Source of the DNA: Vicinamibacteraceae bacterium
GTDB lineage: Bacteria > Planctomycetota > Phycisphaerae > Phycisphaerales > UBA5793
Direction: 5' to 3'
NCBI GenBank assembly: GCA_011525805.1
Contig: WYBR01000040.1
Location: 112,407 to 176,406, forward strand
Length of the DNA stretch: 64,000 nucleotides
A program made the translations under genes and the position numbers. Positions 54,666-63,739 of this stretch are shown here, one piece after another. The notes under the pieces are model-generated. The model was given only the letters and a program-made list of their open reading frames with translations, did no database searches and had not been told where the DNA came from. Numbering within the stretch: the stretch's first letter is position 1; every line of letters begins with the position of its first letter.

Positions 54666-57155
54666 CTACCCGCCGCGCAGCGCTGCGAGACGGCGCTCGA
54701 TGGCGCGGACCTGCGAGTCGCTCAACTGCTTGAGGGGGTCGAGACGCATGTTGGCGTTGATCTCAAGCGTGCGCTCGTAGGCGGCGATCGCTTCGGCGGT
54801 GCGCCCCGATTCGTCGAGAAGGTCCGCGAGGGTGCGGCGGGCGTCGAGGCCGTTGGGATCGAGCGCGACGAGGCACTGCTGCCAGTGGATCGCCCGGCCG
54901 AGTGCGTCCGCATCGGGAGCGAGTCGATGCCGCTCCACCCAGCGCCGCGCCGCCGCCGCGACGGCAAAGGAGGAGTCCGGCCGGCGGTTCGCGAGTTCCT
55001 CCGCCAGCCGGCACGCCGTCTCCGCCGCTTCATCGCGCATGGCGACATCATCGCGCGTCGCATGCACATGCGCCAGGAGCATCCACAACTCGGAGGCCTT
55101 GCGCCAGGCGAGTCGGTCGAGCGGCCGGCGCCGCCGCGCGCTTTCGAGTTCGACGAGCGCCGCCGCGACTGCATCAACGTCCAGGCGCCGCAGCGCCTCG
55201 TCGAGCGATTCGCCAGCCAGCGCGACCAGTCGCTGCACACGCGCGGCGTCATTGAGGCGCCGGGCCGACTGGATTTCGGTCCACGTCGCGTCGAGGTTGA
55301 GACTCTGCCCATGGAGGCGAAACGTCGATTCAGTCTTGCGGAGCAGTTCAAGGTGCTCTTCGAGGTTCGTCGCGCGCCGGGCATGATCGAGGCTCTGTCG
55401 CACCTCGCCGACCTGGGCGAGCGCACCATGGGCGCGGCGCAGGTGCCGCTGCGTTCCGATGATCGGCGCGGCGGCGAGTGCGATGTGCAGCGCCGCGAGC
55501 AGCACAACCGCGGCGAGAGCGATGAGACCGCCCGTCTGCAAACGGGTGGGTTGCGAGGCGACCGGTGTCTCAACCCGCGCCGACGCCGCGCCCAGCAGCA
55601 GCATCACCACTGCTGCCGAGCCCGGCTGGCTCAGAGTCATCTCAACCTGGCTATGCAGGAAGACCGCCGTCAGCGCCGCCCACACCGCCCAGCGCACCAT
55701 TCCCAGCGAGAGGTGCCGGACAAGGTGCTCGACCAGTGGAATCGTGGCCGTCATCGCCGCGAGGGACAGGGGCATGAGCAGGACGTGGTAATCAATGAAC
55801 ATCGCGTGCCGGTTGAGCGCCCACGCTCCGCCGCCGGCGAACAGCGCCAGCAGCACGCCGCAGCGCCACGCCAGGCGGCTCTCCGGGGCTCGCGGCGCCG
55901 CGCCCGCCTCACCCGCCCCGTGCAGCGCACTTTCCTCGGCACGCGATGTTTCGACGCCGCCGCGCCGCGCGCCCGACGGCGCCGATCGCCACAGCAGGAT
56001 CACGGCCAGCGCCACCCAAGTGATCATGAGGACGCCGCCGCCGGCGAGCCAATCGATGAATACGCTGTGCGCGCTGGTGACCTCCTCGGGGCTCAGGGTC
56101 GGTCGGTGGAGGAGATAGGCGTTCTGGAATCCCGCGGGCCCGACGCCGGTGAACGGCTGCGCCGCAAGCATGCGCGCCGCGCCGATCCAGTAGTGCCAGC
56201 GAAAGAGCAGGCTGTAGCCGTCGGCGCCCTGGAGCGATTCGGGGAAGAGCGAGCCGCGCAGCGCTGTCACAATCAGCGCGAGCGCCAACAGCGCGAGCGT
56301 GACCTTCGCCGTCAGCGGCCGCACGCGCTGCTTCCAGCGTCGCGGCAGGATGCACATCGCGGCCAGCACCAGCCCGATCACCGCCGCCGCGCCGGCGCCC
56401 TTAGAGAATGACGCCGTCAACCCCACCAGCGCGGCCGCCGCGAAGATGATCGCGATTCCCAGCCAGCCGCTCTGGAGGCGCGACTTCGCCGCCGCCAGCG
56501 AAACGCCGACCCAGAAGGTCGCGAGCATGGCGAGGATCGAGCCGTAGACATTGGAGAGGGCGAACCACGCCGTTGCTTCGCGCTGCGACAGGCGGCGGAT
56601 GTAGATCTCCGCCTGGCTCGACCCGTCCTCCCATCCCTGCGCCGCGAGCAGCGCTTCACGGTTCTCCTGGAACGACCGCAGGGTCTCGCTGTACTCGATG
56701 GTGACCTGGTAGAGTCCCTTGACGGCCAGCGGAATGGTGAGCGCCGCCACCGCGCCGAGGAGCATGAGGCGCCAGCGCACCTCGCGCGCCAGGTGCAGTG
56801 AACCCACCGCCGTCGCCATAGTGGCGAGCCATTGCGAGCCGGCGCGCATCTGCTCGGCGTCGTCCCAGGCGTGCCAGGCGAGGACCGGGACGGGCGCGAG
56901 GAAGAGCGCGATGACGCGAAGGTCGAGCGCCCGCCGATCGAGCCGCTCCGCCGCGAGCGCCGCCGCGCAGCCGAACAGCGCCATCGCGTCGAGCGCGACC
57001 GATCCCGCCGGCCCGAGTCCTTCGAGGGGAATGGCGAGCAGGCGCGGATCGACGGCGAAGAAGGGATTGCCCGTGATCGCCACGAGCGCGCGGAGCGCCG
57101 CCTGCGTCGCGAGCAGGATGAACGCGGCGTGGCGGAGCGCGGCCGCGGCCTTCAC
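54666..57155 (-). CDS. O-antigen-ligase-like (Wzy_C) polytopic membrane protein fused to a C-terminal TPR domain
   Basis: About 12 TM segments. Wzy_C-type loop LFRWHYWIGAARMLAAQPFTGVGPAGFQNAYLLH. The last ~330 aa are TPR-like (ends AIAAYERTLEINANMRLDPLKQL). Confidence 0.75.
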   Translation of the reverse strand: MKAAAALRHAAFILLATQAALRALVAITGNPFFAVDPRLLAIPLEGLGPAGSVALDAMALFGCAAALAAERLDRRALDLRVIALFLAPVPVLAWHAWDDAEQMRAGSQWLATMATAVGSLHLAREVRWRLMLLGAVAALTIPLAVKGLYQVTIEYSETLRSFQENREALLAAQGWEDGSSQAEIYIRRLSQREATAWFALSNVYGSILAMLATFWVGVSLAAAKSRLQSGWLGIAIIFAAAALVGLTASFSKGAGAAAVIGLVLAAMCILPRRWKQRVRPLTAKVTLALLALALIVTALRGSLFPESLQGADGYSLLFRWHYWIGAARMLAAQPFTGVGPAGFQNAYLLHRPTLSPEEVTSAHSVFIDWLAGGGVLMITWVALAVILLWRSAPSGARRGGVETSRAEESALHGAGEAGAAPRAPESRLAWRCGVLLALFAGGGAWALNRHAMFIDYHVLLMPLSLAAMTATIPLVEHLVRHLSLGMVRWAVWAALTAVFLHSQVEMTLSQPGSAAVVMLLLGAASARVETPVASQPTRLQTGGLIALAAVVLLAALHIALAAAPIIGTQRHLRRAHGALAQVGEVRQSLDHARRATNLEEHLELLRKTESTFRLHGQSLNLDATWTEIQSARRLNDAARVQRLVALAGESLDEALRRLDVDAVAAALVELESARRRRPLDRLAWRKASELWMLLAHVHATRDDVAMRDEAAETACRLAEELANRRPDSSFAVAAAARRWVERHRLAPDADALGRAIHWQQCLVALDPNGLDARRTLADLLDESGRTAEAIAAYERTLEINANMRLDPLKQLSDSQVRAIERRLAALRGG

Positions 57156-58351
57156 GGCCGGGCTCCGTCGCCGCCTGTTCCACTGCCGCCCGCTCCATTG
57201 CCCGCCGCCGCGCCGACCTGGTGCTCATAGACCGCCAGCACGATGAGCATGACGATCACCTGCGCCCCGGCCAGCGCCGCCATCCACTCCTCCGTAAGGC
57301 GGCCGAGAAAGATGCCCGTCAGCCCCGTGGCGAGCGTGATGCCGTAGACCACGGCCAGCATGCCTCGCGGACTCAGGCCGCGCTTCACGAGGCGGTGCGA
57401 GAAGTGCTGCTGGTCGCCGACCATCGGGTTGCGCCCCTGGCGGAGGCGGATCGTCACCACGCTAAGCAGATCATACAGCGGGACGGCGAGGACGATGAGC
57501 GGCATGAAGACGCCGTACCACGCGCTCGTGCGATCGGCATCGATATACGTCGTGCGGATGGTGAGAAACCCGAGCAGGAAACCAACGACGAGCGACCCGC
57601 CGTCGCCCATGAAGATGCTCGCGGGTGGGAAGTTGAAGCACAGGAAGCCGAGCAGGGCGCCGACGAGCAGGGCGAGCGTCGCCGCGACGAACCACTGCCC
57701 GTTGAGCAGCGCCGCCGCGAGAAACAGCGACGCCGCGATGCACGATACGCCGCCGGCGAGGCCGTCCATGTTGTCCATGAAGTTGATCGCGTTGGTCACC
57801 ACCACCAGCCACACGATCGTCAACACGATCGAAGGCCACGGCGCGATCGCCGCCAGCACCGGCGCCTCGTCGAGCAGCGTCAGCAGGCGGCTGGACTGCT
57901 CCAGGTTGTTCGCCAGGTCGAAGGGGAAGAGCACGACGATGGCCGCAAGGATGAACTGCACGCCGAGTTTGACGCGCGGCCCGAGGGGGCGGCGGTCGTC
58001 GATCAGCCCCATGACGTGCATGGCGAGCAGCGCCAGCGCGAGCGTGAGCGCCATCGGCGTGCGCGCGGCAATGCCCGGCAGGTGCTCTTCGATGGCCGGT
58101 GCTAAGTCGGTCAGCGTTTCAACCGGCACGATCCGCAGGAGCAGCAGGCCGAGCAGCAGCGGCCCCAGCACGGCCGAGGCGATGGCGATCCCGCCGATGT
58201 TCGGCACGCGGCGCAATTCGCGCTTCACGTGACCCGCCGCGCCCGGCGAATCGAGTTGCCCGAGTCGAAGCCCGACGCCGCGCAGCCACCACGTCAGCGG
58301 CCACGCCAGCGCAAAGGAAGCCGGGATCAGGCAAAGGACCGCCGCAATCAC
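57152..58351 (-). CDS. polyprenyl-phosphate N-acetylhexosamine-1-phosphate transferase (MraY/WecA family)
   Basis: NAINFMDNMDGLAGG and FMGDGGSLVVGF motifs, about 10 TM segments, GTG start. ATGA-type overlap with the ligase-like gene. Confidence 0.85.
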   Translation of the reverse strand: MIAAVLCLIPASFALAWPLTWWLRGVGLRLGQLDSPGAAGHVKRELRRVPNIGGIAIASAVLGPLLLGLLLLRIVPVETLTDLAPAIEEHLPGIAARTPMALTLALALLAMHVMGLIDDRRPLGPRVKLGVQFILAAIVVLFPFDLANNLEQSSRLLTLLDEAPVLAAIAPWPSIVLTIVWLVVVTNAINFMDNMDGLAGGVSCIAASLFLAAALLNGQWFVAATLALLVGALLGFLCFNFPPASIFMGDGGSLVVGFLLGFLTIRTTYIDADRTSAWYGVFMPLIVLAVPLYDLLSVVTIRLRQGRNPMVGDQQHFSHRLVKRGLSPRGMLAVVYGITLATGLTGIFLGRLTEEWMAALAGAQVIVMLIVLAVYEHQVGAAAGNGAGGSGTGGDGARP

Positions 58352-58366
58352 GGGGCCATTGTAGGG

Positions 58367-58442
58367 GATCGAGGCATCGAGGCATCAAGGGTTGAAGGGA
58401 GTCGTTTCGCCGCGACCCGGAGGCTTTGCGCAGGGGAGCGCG
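58367..58442 (-). repeat. bipartite intergenic element, copy C, sense = minus strand
   Basis: Minus strand reads CGCGCTCCCCTGCGCAAAGCCTCCGGGTCGCGGCGAAACGA, then CTCCCTTCAACCCTTGATGCCTCGATGCCTCGATC, and ends 15 nt before the WecA-like GTG (58351). The sequence CCCCTACAATggccccGTG follows. Confidence 0.65.
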
Positions 58443-58496
58443 TCGAGTGGCGAAGCGATCCCCGGATCGGCAAGAGCAGCGAGACGCGAATCGTCG

Positions 58497-60281
58497 TCAT
58501 CGCCCCGCCGGCGCGCCGCCCTTGCGAGGATCGCTCGCGGCGCTGTAGCCGCCGCCGGCGCGGCGGATCAGTTGCACGACGCCGACATCCTCGCGCCGTC
58601 CCACTTCGTGCCCCAGTGCGCCCAGCGCCTCGATCACGGCCCCATCAACCCATGAATCCTCGAACTGCACAACGTTCGGCATCCACTGATGATGGAACCG
58701 CGGCGCACTCACCGCCTCCTGTGCCGATGCGTCGAAGAGCAGCACACTCAACATCGCCTGGAGCGAACTCGAGATAATCCGCGGCCCGCCGGAGCCGCCG
58801 ACGACCACCTCCACCCGACCATCCGGCCCGAGCACGATCGTCGGTGACATGCTCGACAGCGGCCACTTGCCCGGCTCTGGCTGGTTCCGCTCCGACTGCT
58901 CAAGGCCGAAGGCGTTGCGCTGCCCGGGGATGGTGAGGAAGTCATCCATTTCGTTGTTGAGCAGCAGGCCGAACTCGGGAATCGCCGTCAGCGAGCCGAA
59001 CTCGAGGTTGATCGTCTCGGTGCAGGCGACGGCGTTGCCCCACTGGTCCACGGCGCTGAGGTGGCTCGTCCCATCGTCGTCAGGCAGTTGGACGCTGTTG
59101 CCGTAGCGATCGGGCGGCTGCGTGCGCTGTGGATCGATCCGCGACGCGAGATCACTCAGGTACTCGTCGCTGAGCAGCGTGGCCACGGGAACGTCGACGT
59201 ACCGATCATCGCCGAGCCACTGCGCCCGGTCGGCGAAGGCGTGCTTCATCGCTTCGACCACGAGATGGACGTACCCGGCCGAGTTGGAGGTAGTCGAATC
59301 GAGATCGCCGCGCCGCCGCTCGAGCAGGCCCAGAGACTGAAGCAGGGCAATGCCGCCGCTCGATGGAAGCGGCATGGCGATGATCGTGCGGTCGCGGAAC
59401 GCGCCGGTGAGCGGGCGCGAGGTGCGCGGCTCGTAGTGCGCCAGATCGCCGGGCGTCATCGCGGGGCAGGCGTCGGCGATGGCGTGCGCCAGCGGACCGG
59501 CGTAGAACGCCGCCTCGCCGTCGCGCGCCAGCAGGCGCAGCGTGCGCCCCAACTCGGGCTGATGCAGCACCTGCCCGACCTTCGGCTCGCCATTGAAGAG
59601 AAAGCGACGGTGAAACCACTCGAATCGCTCGCGGCCGATGAGGTCGGGCCAGCCGGGGTTCTCCGCGAGATCGTCAAGGACTTCGCGCGCCGCGGCGACG
59701 TAGTCGGCGTCAATCGCGAAGCCCTTCTCGGCGGCGCGAATGGCCGGGCGCAGCACCGTCGCGCGATCGAGCGTGCCGAAGTTCTCGAGGGCGTAGAGCA
59801 GGCCGGCGACGGTTCCCGGCACGCCGACGGCGTGCGGCCCGATGCGCGACGCGTCGGGCAACCCGAGTTGCGCGTAGTACTCCGGATGCAGGCCGCCCGG
59901 CGCCGTCTCGCGGTAGGTGATGGCGATGTTCCGCGCGGGCATCGGCTCTTCGGCCGCGAGGTGAACGACCATGAAGCCGCCCCCGCCCAGGCCGCAACTG
60001 TAAGGCCGCACGACCGCAAGACAGAAACTCGCCGCCACCGCCGCATCGACGGCGTTGCCGCCGCGCTCGAGCATCTCCAGCCCGGCCCGCGAGGCGATGA
60101 CGTGATCCGCCGCGAGGACGCCGTGCGAGAACGGCGAAGACTCTGCTCCGGAATCGACGGCAAAAGTGGCGCAGCCCGTGGCGCCGATGAGGTACCAGCA
60201 CGCAATGAGCACCCTCGCCGCTCTCCGCATTGGTCGCCGCCTCTCCAGACTGACTCTCGCGTGTGAGAGGAGCATAGGCAA
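58497..60281 (-). CDS. ggt: gamma-glutamyltransferase (probable lipoprotein)
   Basis: GGGGFMVVH, catalytic Thr context DDGTSHLSAVD, and GGSGGPRIIS. Lipobox-like LIGATGC after an alternative ATG at 60230. Confidence 0.9.
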   Translation of the reverse strand: MPMLLSHARVSLERRRPMRRAARVLIACWYLIGATGCATFAVDSGAESSPFSHGVLAADHVIASRAGLEMLERGGNAVDAAVAASFCLAVVRPYSCGLGGGGFMVVHLAAEEPMPARNIAITYRETAPGGLHPEYYAQLGLPDASRIGPHAVGVPGTVAGLLYALENFGTLDRATVLRPAIRAAEKGFAIDADYVAAAREVLDDLAENPGWPDLIGRERFEWFHRRFLFNGEPKVGQVLHQPELGRTLRLLARDGEAAFYAGPLAHAIADACPAMTPGDLAHYEPRTSRPLTGAFRDRTIIAMPLPSSGGIALLQSLGLLERRRGDLDSTTSNSAGYVHLVVEAMKHAFADRAQWLGDDRYVDVPVATLLSDEYLSDLASRIDPQRTQPPDRYGNSVQLPDDDGTSHLSAVDQWGNAVACTETINLEFGSLTAIPEFGLLLNNEMDDFLTIPGQRNAFGLEQSERNQPEPGKWPLSSMSPTIVLGPDGRVEVVVGGSGGPRIISSSLQAMLSVLLFDASAQEAVSAPRFHHQWMPNVVQFEDSWVDGAVIEALGALGHEVGRREDVGVVQLIRRAGGGYSAASDPRKGGAPAGR

Positions 60282-60309
60282 GCGGCGGGAGCGGCCGTTG
60301 CAGTCGCGG

Positions 60310-61608
60310 TCATTCTACCGGCACGACATTACTCGTGGCGCAGAACATCAGATCGAGCAATTGCATTCGGCCACCGCAGATCGACGGATCCGCCCGGCCA
60401 GTGATCGTGCCGTGGCCGGCGGCGCTCGTGCGGGCAGACGCAACGACCTGGACCCCTGCGGACAGGCCGAGCATTGTGCCCTCGCATCGGCTGCCGTCGG
60501 GAATGAACGTCCGGCCACCGCGAGGCGAGTAGAGCAGCGCCACGCGCGTCCGAGGCGTCGCACCGGTCCAGCCGACGCGCAACGCACCTCCGTTGGGGCA
60601 GGAGGCGTCCACAAAGAGTCGCACGGTATTGCACTCGAGGTAGGAGACGTCCCTTGGGAGGGAGAGGCCGCCGGGGGCACCGCTGAAAACGAGTACCGCG
60701 CCGCGCGCTGCATCGTACAGCATGACCATGCCCCAACGAGTTTGATTCAGAGGAGGCGGCGTCCAGAACTGCCTCCACATCAGACCGGTCCAGATCCACG
60801 TATCGCGAAGCAAGCCTGAGTACACACCGAATCCGCCAAAGACGACAAGAACTCCGCGCTTCTCGTCAAACGCCATGCCATGGGACTTCCTTGGCTCCGG
60901 GCCCCCGGTGGAGATGTGTTGCCATGCGACGCCATCCCACTCCCAAAGGTCGTTGCGCCGCGAGGAGTTTGAGTCGCCGCCGAAGAGGGCCACCCGGTTC
61001 GTCAACGGGTTGAACGTCATGGCGGCGCTCGATCGGGCGCTAGGACCACCGTCGGCCACCTGATCCCACCGGCTGCCGTCCCACTCCCACGTATCTCCCA
61101 GCCCATGCAAGTCGAACAACCCCCCGAACAGGACGGTCACTCCGCGCACGGGATCGTACGCCATCGTGTGAAAGGCGCGTGCACTCGGTCCGCTCGTGGC
61201 GACTCGCGACCACTGCCCGCCGTTCCACTCCCATGTATCCCCACGGGCGCGAGTGGCATCGCTGCCGCCGAAGAGAACCGTTACGCCTCGCCGGCTGTCG
61301 AACGCCATGGCGTGCCCGTATCGAGGCGTCGGGCCACCTGTCGCAACGGCGCTCCACTGCAGATCATGGAGTTCCCACGTGTCCCCCAATCTGTTGTTGC
61401 CGTCATCGCCGCCGAACATCACGGTCACGCCGCGATGGCTGTCATAGGCGGCCGCGGAAGAGATTCGGCCTACAGGTCCCGGCGGCTCGTGCGACTCCCA
61501 GCCGCACATCTGCGCACCGGACGGCGCGACCGCAGCGCCGCCCAGCAGCGCGATGGCCAACATGGCATGGAGCGTGGGTGACCGCAGAGACATAGCGCGC
61601 GTGAACAT
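60310..61608 (-). CDS. secreted Kelch-repeat beta-propeller protein with Cys-containing C-terminal domain
   Basis: Signal peptide is MLAIALLGGAAVAPSGAQ. Six repeats of the type GxTVxFGG...(R/L)GDTWEW(D/N)G..W. The C-terminal ~120 aa carry 5 Cys. Confidence 0.8.
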   Translation of the reverse strand: MFTRAMSLRSPTLHAMLAIALLGGAAVAPSGAQMCGWESHEPPGPVGRISSAAAYDSHRGVTVMFGGDDGNNRLGDTWELHDLQWSAVATGGPTPRYGHAMAFDSRRGVTVLFGGSDATRARGDTWEWNGGQWSRVATSGPSARAFHTMAYDPVRGVTVLFGGLFDLHGLGDTWEWDGSRWDQVADGGPSARSSAAMTFNPLTNRVALFGGDSNSSRRNDLWEWDGVAWQHISTGGPEPRKSHGMAFDEKRGVLVVFGGFGVYSGLLRDTWIWTGLMWRQFWTPPPLNQTRWGMVMLYDAARGAVLVFSGAPGGLSLPRDVSYLECNTVRLFVDASCPNGGALRVGWTGATPRTRVALLYSPRGGRTFIPDGSRCEGTMLGLSAGVQVVASARTSAAGHGTITGRADPSICGGRMQLLDLMFCATSNVVPVE

Positions 61609-61784
61609 GACATCGCCTTTCCGTTCGGAGAGTCCTCAGTTCCGCGACCTGAGCGCCGCTGGCGCATCATACCGCGCGGAGATTGACTCTCCTGGCGTGC
61701 GCTGCCGCAACTCCGCGAGATCAGGGAAATGACCCCGTGCGGCCGGGCAGAGCCGCCCTGTGACCGCCGTCCGGTGCGAACGCC

Positions 61785-63128
61785 CTACTTCCGCAGCAAC
61801 CGCTCGAGATAATTAATATCCACATCGCCCTTGATGAAACTCGAGTACGCCATCAGGCGGCGGTGGAGGTCGATCGTGGTGGCGATGCCCTCGACCTTGA
61901 ACTCGCGCAGGGCGCGATTCATCCGGGCAATAGCCCCGCGCCGGTCGTCGGCGTGGACGATCAGTTTCGCAATCAGTGAGTCGTAGTTCGGTGGGACGCG
62001 GTAGCCGGCCACGCAGTGGGTATCGACGCGCACTCCCGGGCCGCCGGGCACGTCGAAGCGGCTCAGCACGCCGGGATTCGGGGCAAAGTTGCGGTCGGGG
62101 TCCTCGGCGTTAATGCGGCACTCGATCGCGTGGCCGGTGATCGAAATCTGCTTCTGCTGAAAGGGAAGTTTTTCGCCGGCGGCGACGAGGATGCCGGTCT
62201 TCACGATGTCCACGCCCGTGATCATCTCGCTGATCGGGTGCTCGACCTGGACGCGCGTATTAACTTCGAGCATGTAGAAGTTCTGGTCCTCATCCATGAG
62301 GAACTCGACGGTCGCCGCGCCGGCGTACTTGGCCGACTGGATGAGCCGCGCGGCGGACTTGCACAGCGCCTCACGCTTCGAGTTGTCCACGCCCGGGGCG
62401 GGTGCTTCCTCGATGAGTTTCTGGTGGCGGCGCTGGGTGGAGCAGTCGCGGTCGTAGAGGTGGATGGCGTTGCCGTGCTTGTCGCCGATGACCTGAACTT
62501 CGACGTGTCGGGCCTTTTCGAGGAACTTCTCGAGATAAACGGTCCCGTCGCCGAAGGCGGCCTGGGCCTCCTGCTGCGCGGCGTCGAGGCCGGCTTCGAG
62601 CGCGACGCGGTTGTGCGCGATGCGCATGCCGCGCCCGCCTCCGCCCGCGGACGCCTTGATGATGACGGGATAGCCGATCTCCTCGGCGAGGCGGACCGCT
62701 TCCTCCTTGTTCTCAATGCCTCCGGGCGAGCCGGGGAAGATCGGCACCTTGTTCGCCTTGGCGAGTTTCTTGCAGTTGATCTTGTCGCCCAGAAGGCTCA
62801 TCGCCTCCGGCGAGGGGCCGATGAACTCGATCTGGCACGAGCGGCAGACCTCGGCGAAGTGCGCATTCTCGGCGAGAAAGCCGTAGCCGGGATGGATCGC
62901 ATCGACGTTGGCGACTTCCGCGGCGGAGATGATGCGCGGAATGTTGAGGTAACTCTGCCGCGCCGGAGGCGGGCCGATGCACACCGCATCGTCCGCAAGG
63001 TCGAGGTACGGCGCTCCGCGGTCCGCCTCCGAAAAGACGCACACCGACTGAATGCCCAGTTCGCGCGCCGCACGGATGATGCGTACGGCGATCTCTCCAC
63101 GGTTGGCAATCAGGATGCGGGTGAACAT
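61785..63128 (-). CDS. accC: acetyl-CoA carboxylase, biotin carboxylase subunit
   Basis: ATG 63128 (MFTRILIANRGEIAVRIIRAAREL). ATP-grasp domain (GYPVIIKASAGGGGRGMR). Confidence 0.95.
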   Translation of the reverse strand: MFTRILIANRGEIAVRIIRAARELGIQSVCVFSEADRGAPYLDLADDAVCIGPPPARQSYLNIPRIISAAEVANVDAIHPGYGFLAENAHFAEVCRSCQIEFIGPSPEAMSLLGDKINCKKLAKANKVPIFPGSPGGIENKEEAVRLAEEIGYPVIIKASAGGGGRGMRIAHNRVALEAGLDAAQQEAQAAFGDGTVYLEKFLEKARHVEVQVIGDKHGNAIHLYDRDCSTQRRHQKLIEEAPAPGVDNSKREALCKSAARLIQSAKYAGAATVEFLMDEDQNFYMLEVNTRVQVEHPISEMITGVDIVKTGILVAAGEKLPFQQKQISITGHAIECRINAEDPDRNFAPNPGVLSRFDVPGGPGVRVDTHCVAGYRVPPNYDSLIAKLIVHADDRRGAIARMNRALREFKVEGIATTIDLHRRLMAYSSFIKGDVDINYLERLLRK

Positions 63129-63222
63129 AAGCGTGGGACCTGGGGCTTGGGAAACGCCCACGATGAGCGAGTCTTCGAGCGAATCGTGGGGTGCGTCAAC
63201 GGCGTCTATGAATCGCGCCGCA

Positions 63223-63687
63223 TCACTTCAGTCGAAACAACGGCTGGCCATACTCGACCGCGTCGCCGTCGTTGACGAGAATCTCCGCGACCGTGCCGCG
63301 GCACTCCGCCTTGATCTCGTTGAACACCTTCATGGCTTCGATGAGGCAGACGACGGTCGAGTCCGACACCTTGCCGCCGGCGCTGACGAACGGCTCGGCG
63401 TCCGGGTTGGGTCGCGAGTAGAAGGTGCCGACCATCGGGCTGCGAATGAACTGCCCTTCGCCGCCCACGTGCTTGGGCGCTTCCACGGCGGGACCGCCGC
63501 TCGCGGCCGCGGGCTGCAGGGGCGAAGGCGCGGCTGCGATCGCCGGCGTCGCCGTCACCTGCGGCGCGCTGAACGCACCGGCGCGGCGGATCGTCACGCT
63601 CTGCTCGCCGTCCGCGACGTCGAGTTCGACGATCTCGTGCTCCACCATCATCTTGATCAGGTCTTCGATGGTCTTTCGATCGATCAT
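63223..63687 (-). CDS. accB: acetyl-CoA carboxylase, biotin carboxyl carrier protein
   Basis: ATG 63687 ([14 protein letters not shown]). Biotinylation motif EAMKVFNEI. Confidence 0.9.
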   Translation of the reverse strand: MIDRKTIEDLIKMMVEHEIVELDVADGEQSVTIRRAGAFSAPQVTATPAIAAAPSPLQPAAASGGPAVEAPKHVGGEGQFIRSPMVGTFYSRPNPDAEPFVSAGGKVSDSTVVCLIEAMKVFNEIKAECRGTVAEILVNDGDAVEYGQPLFRLK

Positions 63688-63739
63688 GGCTTGGCTCGCA
63701 CCCTTGAGTTGCCGATTCCATCCATACGCGGCGCCGCGG

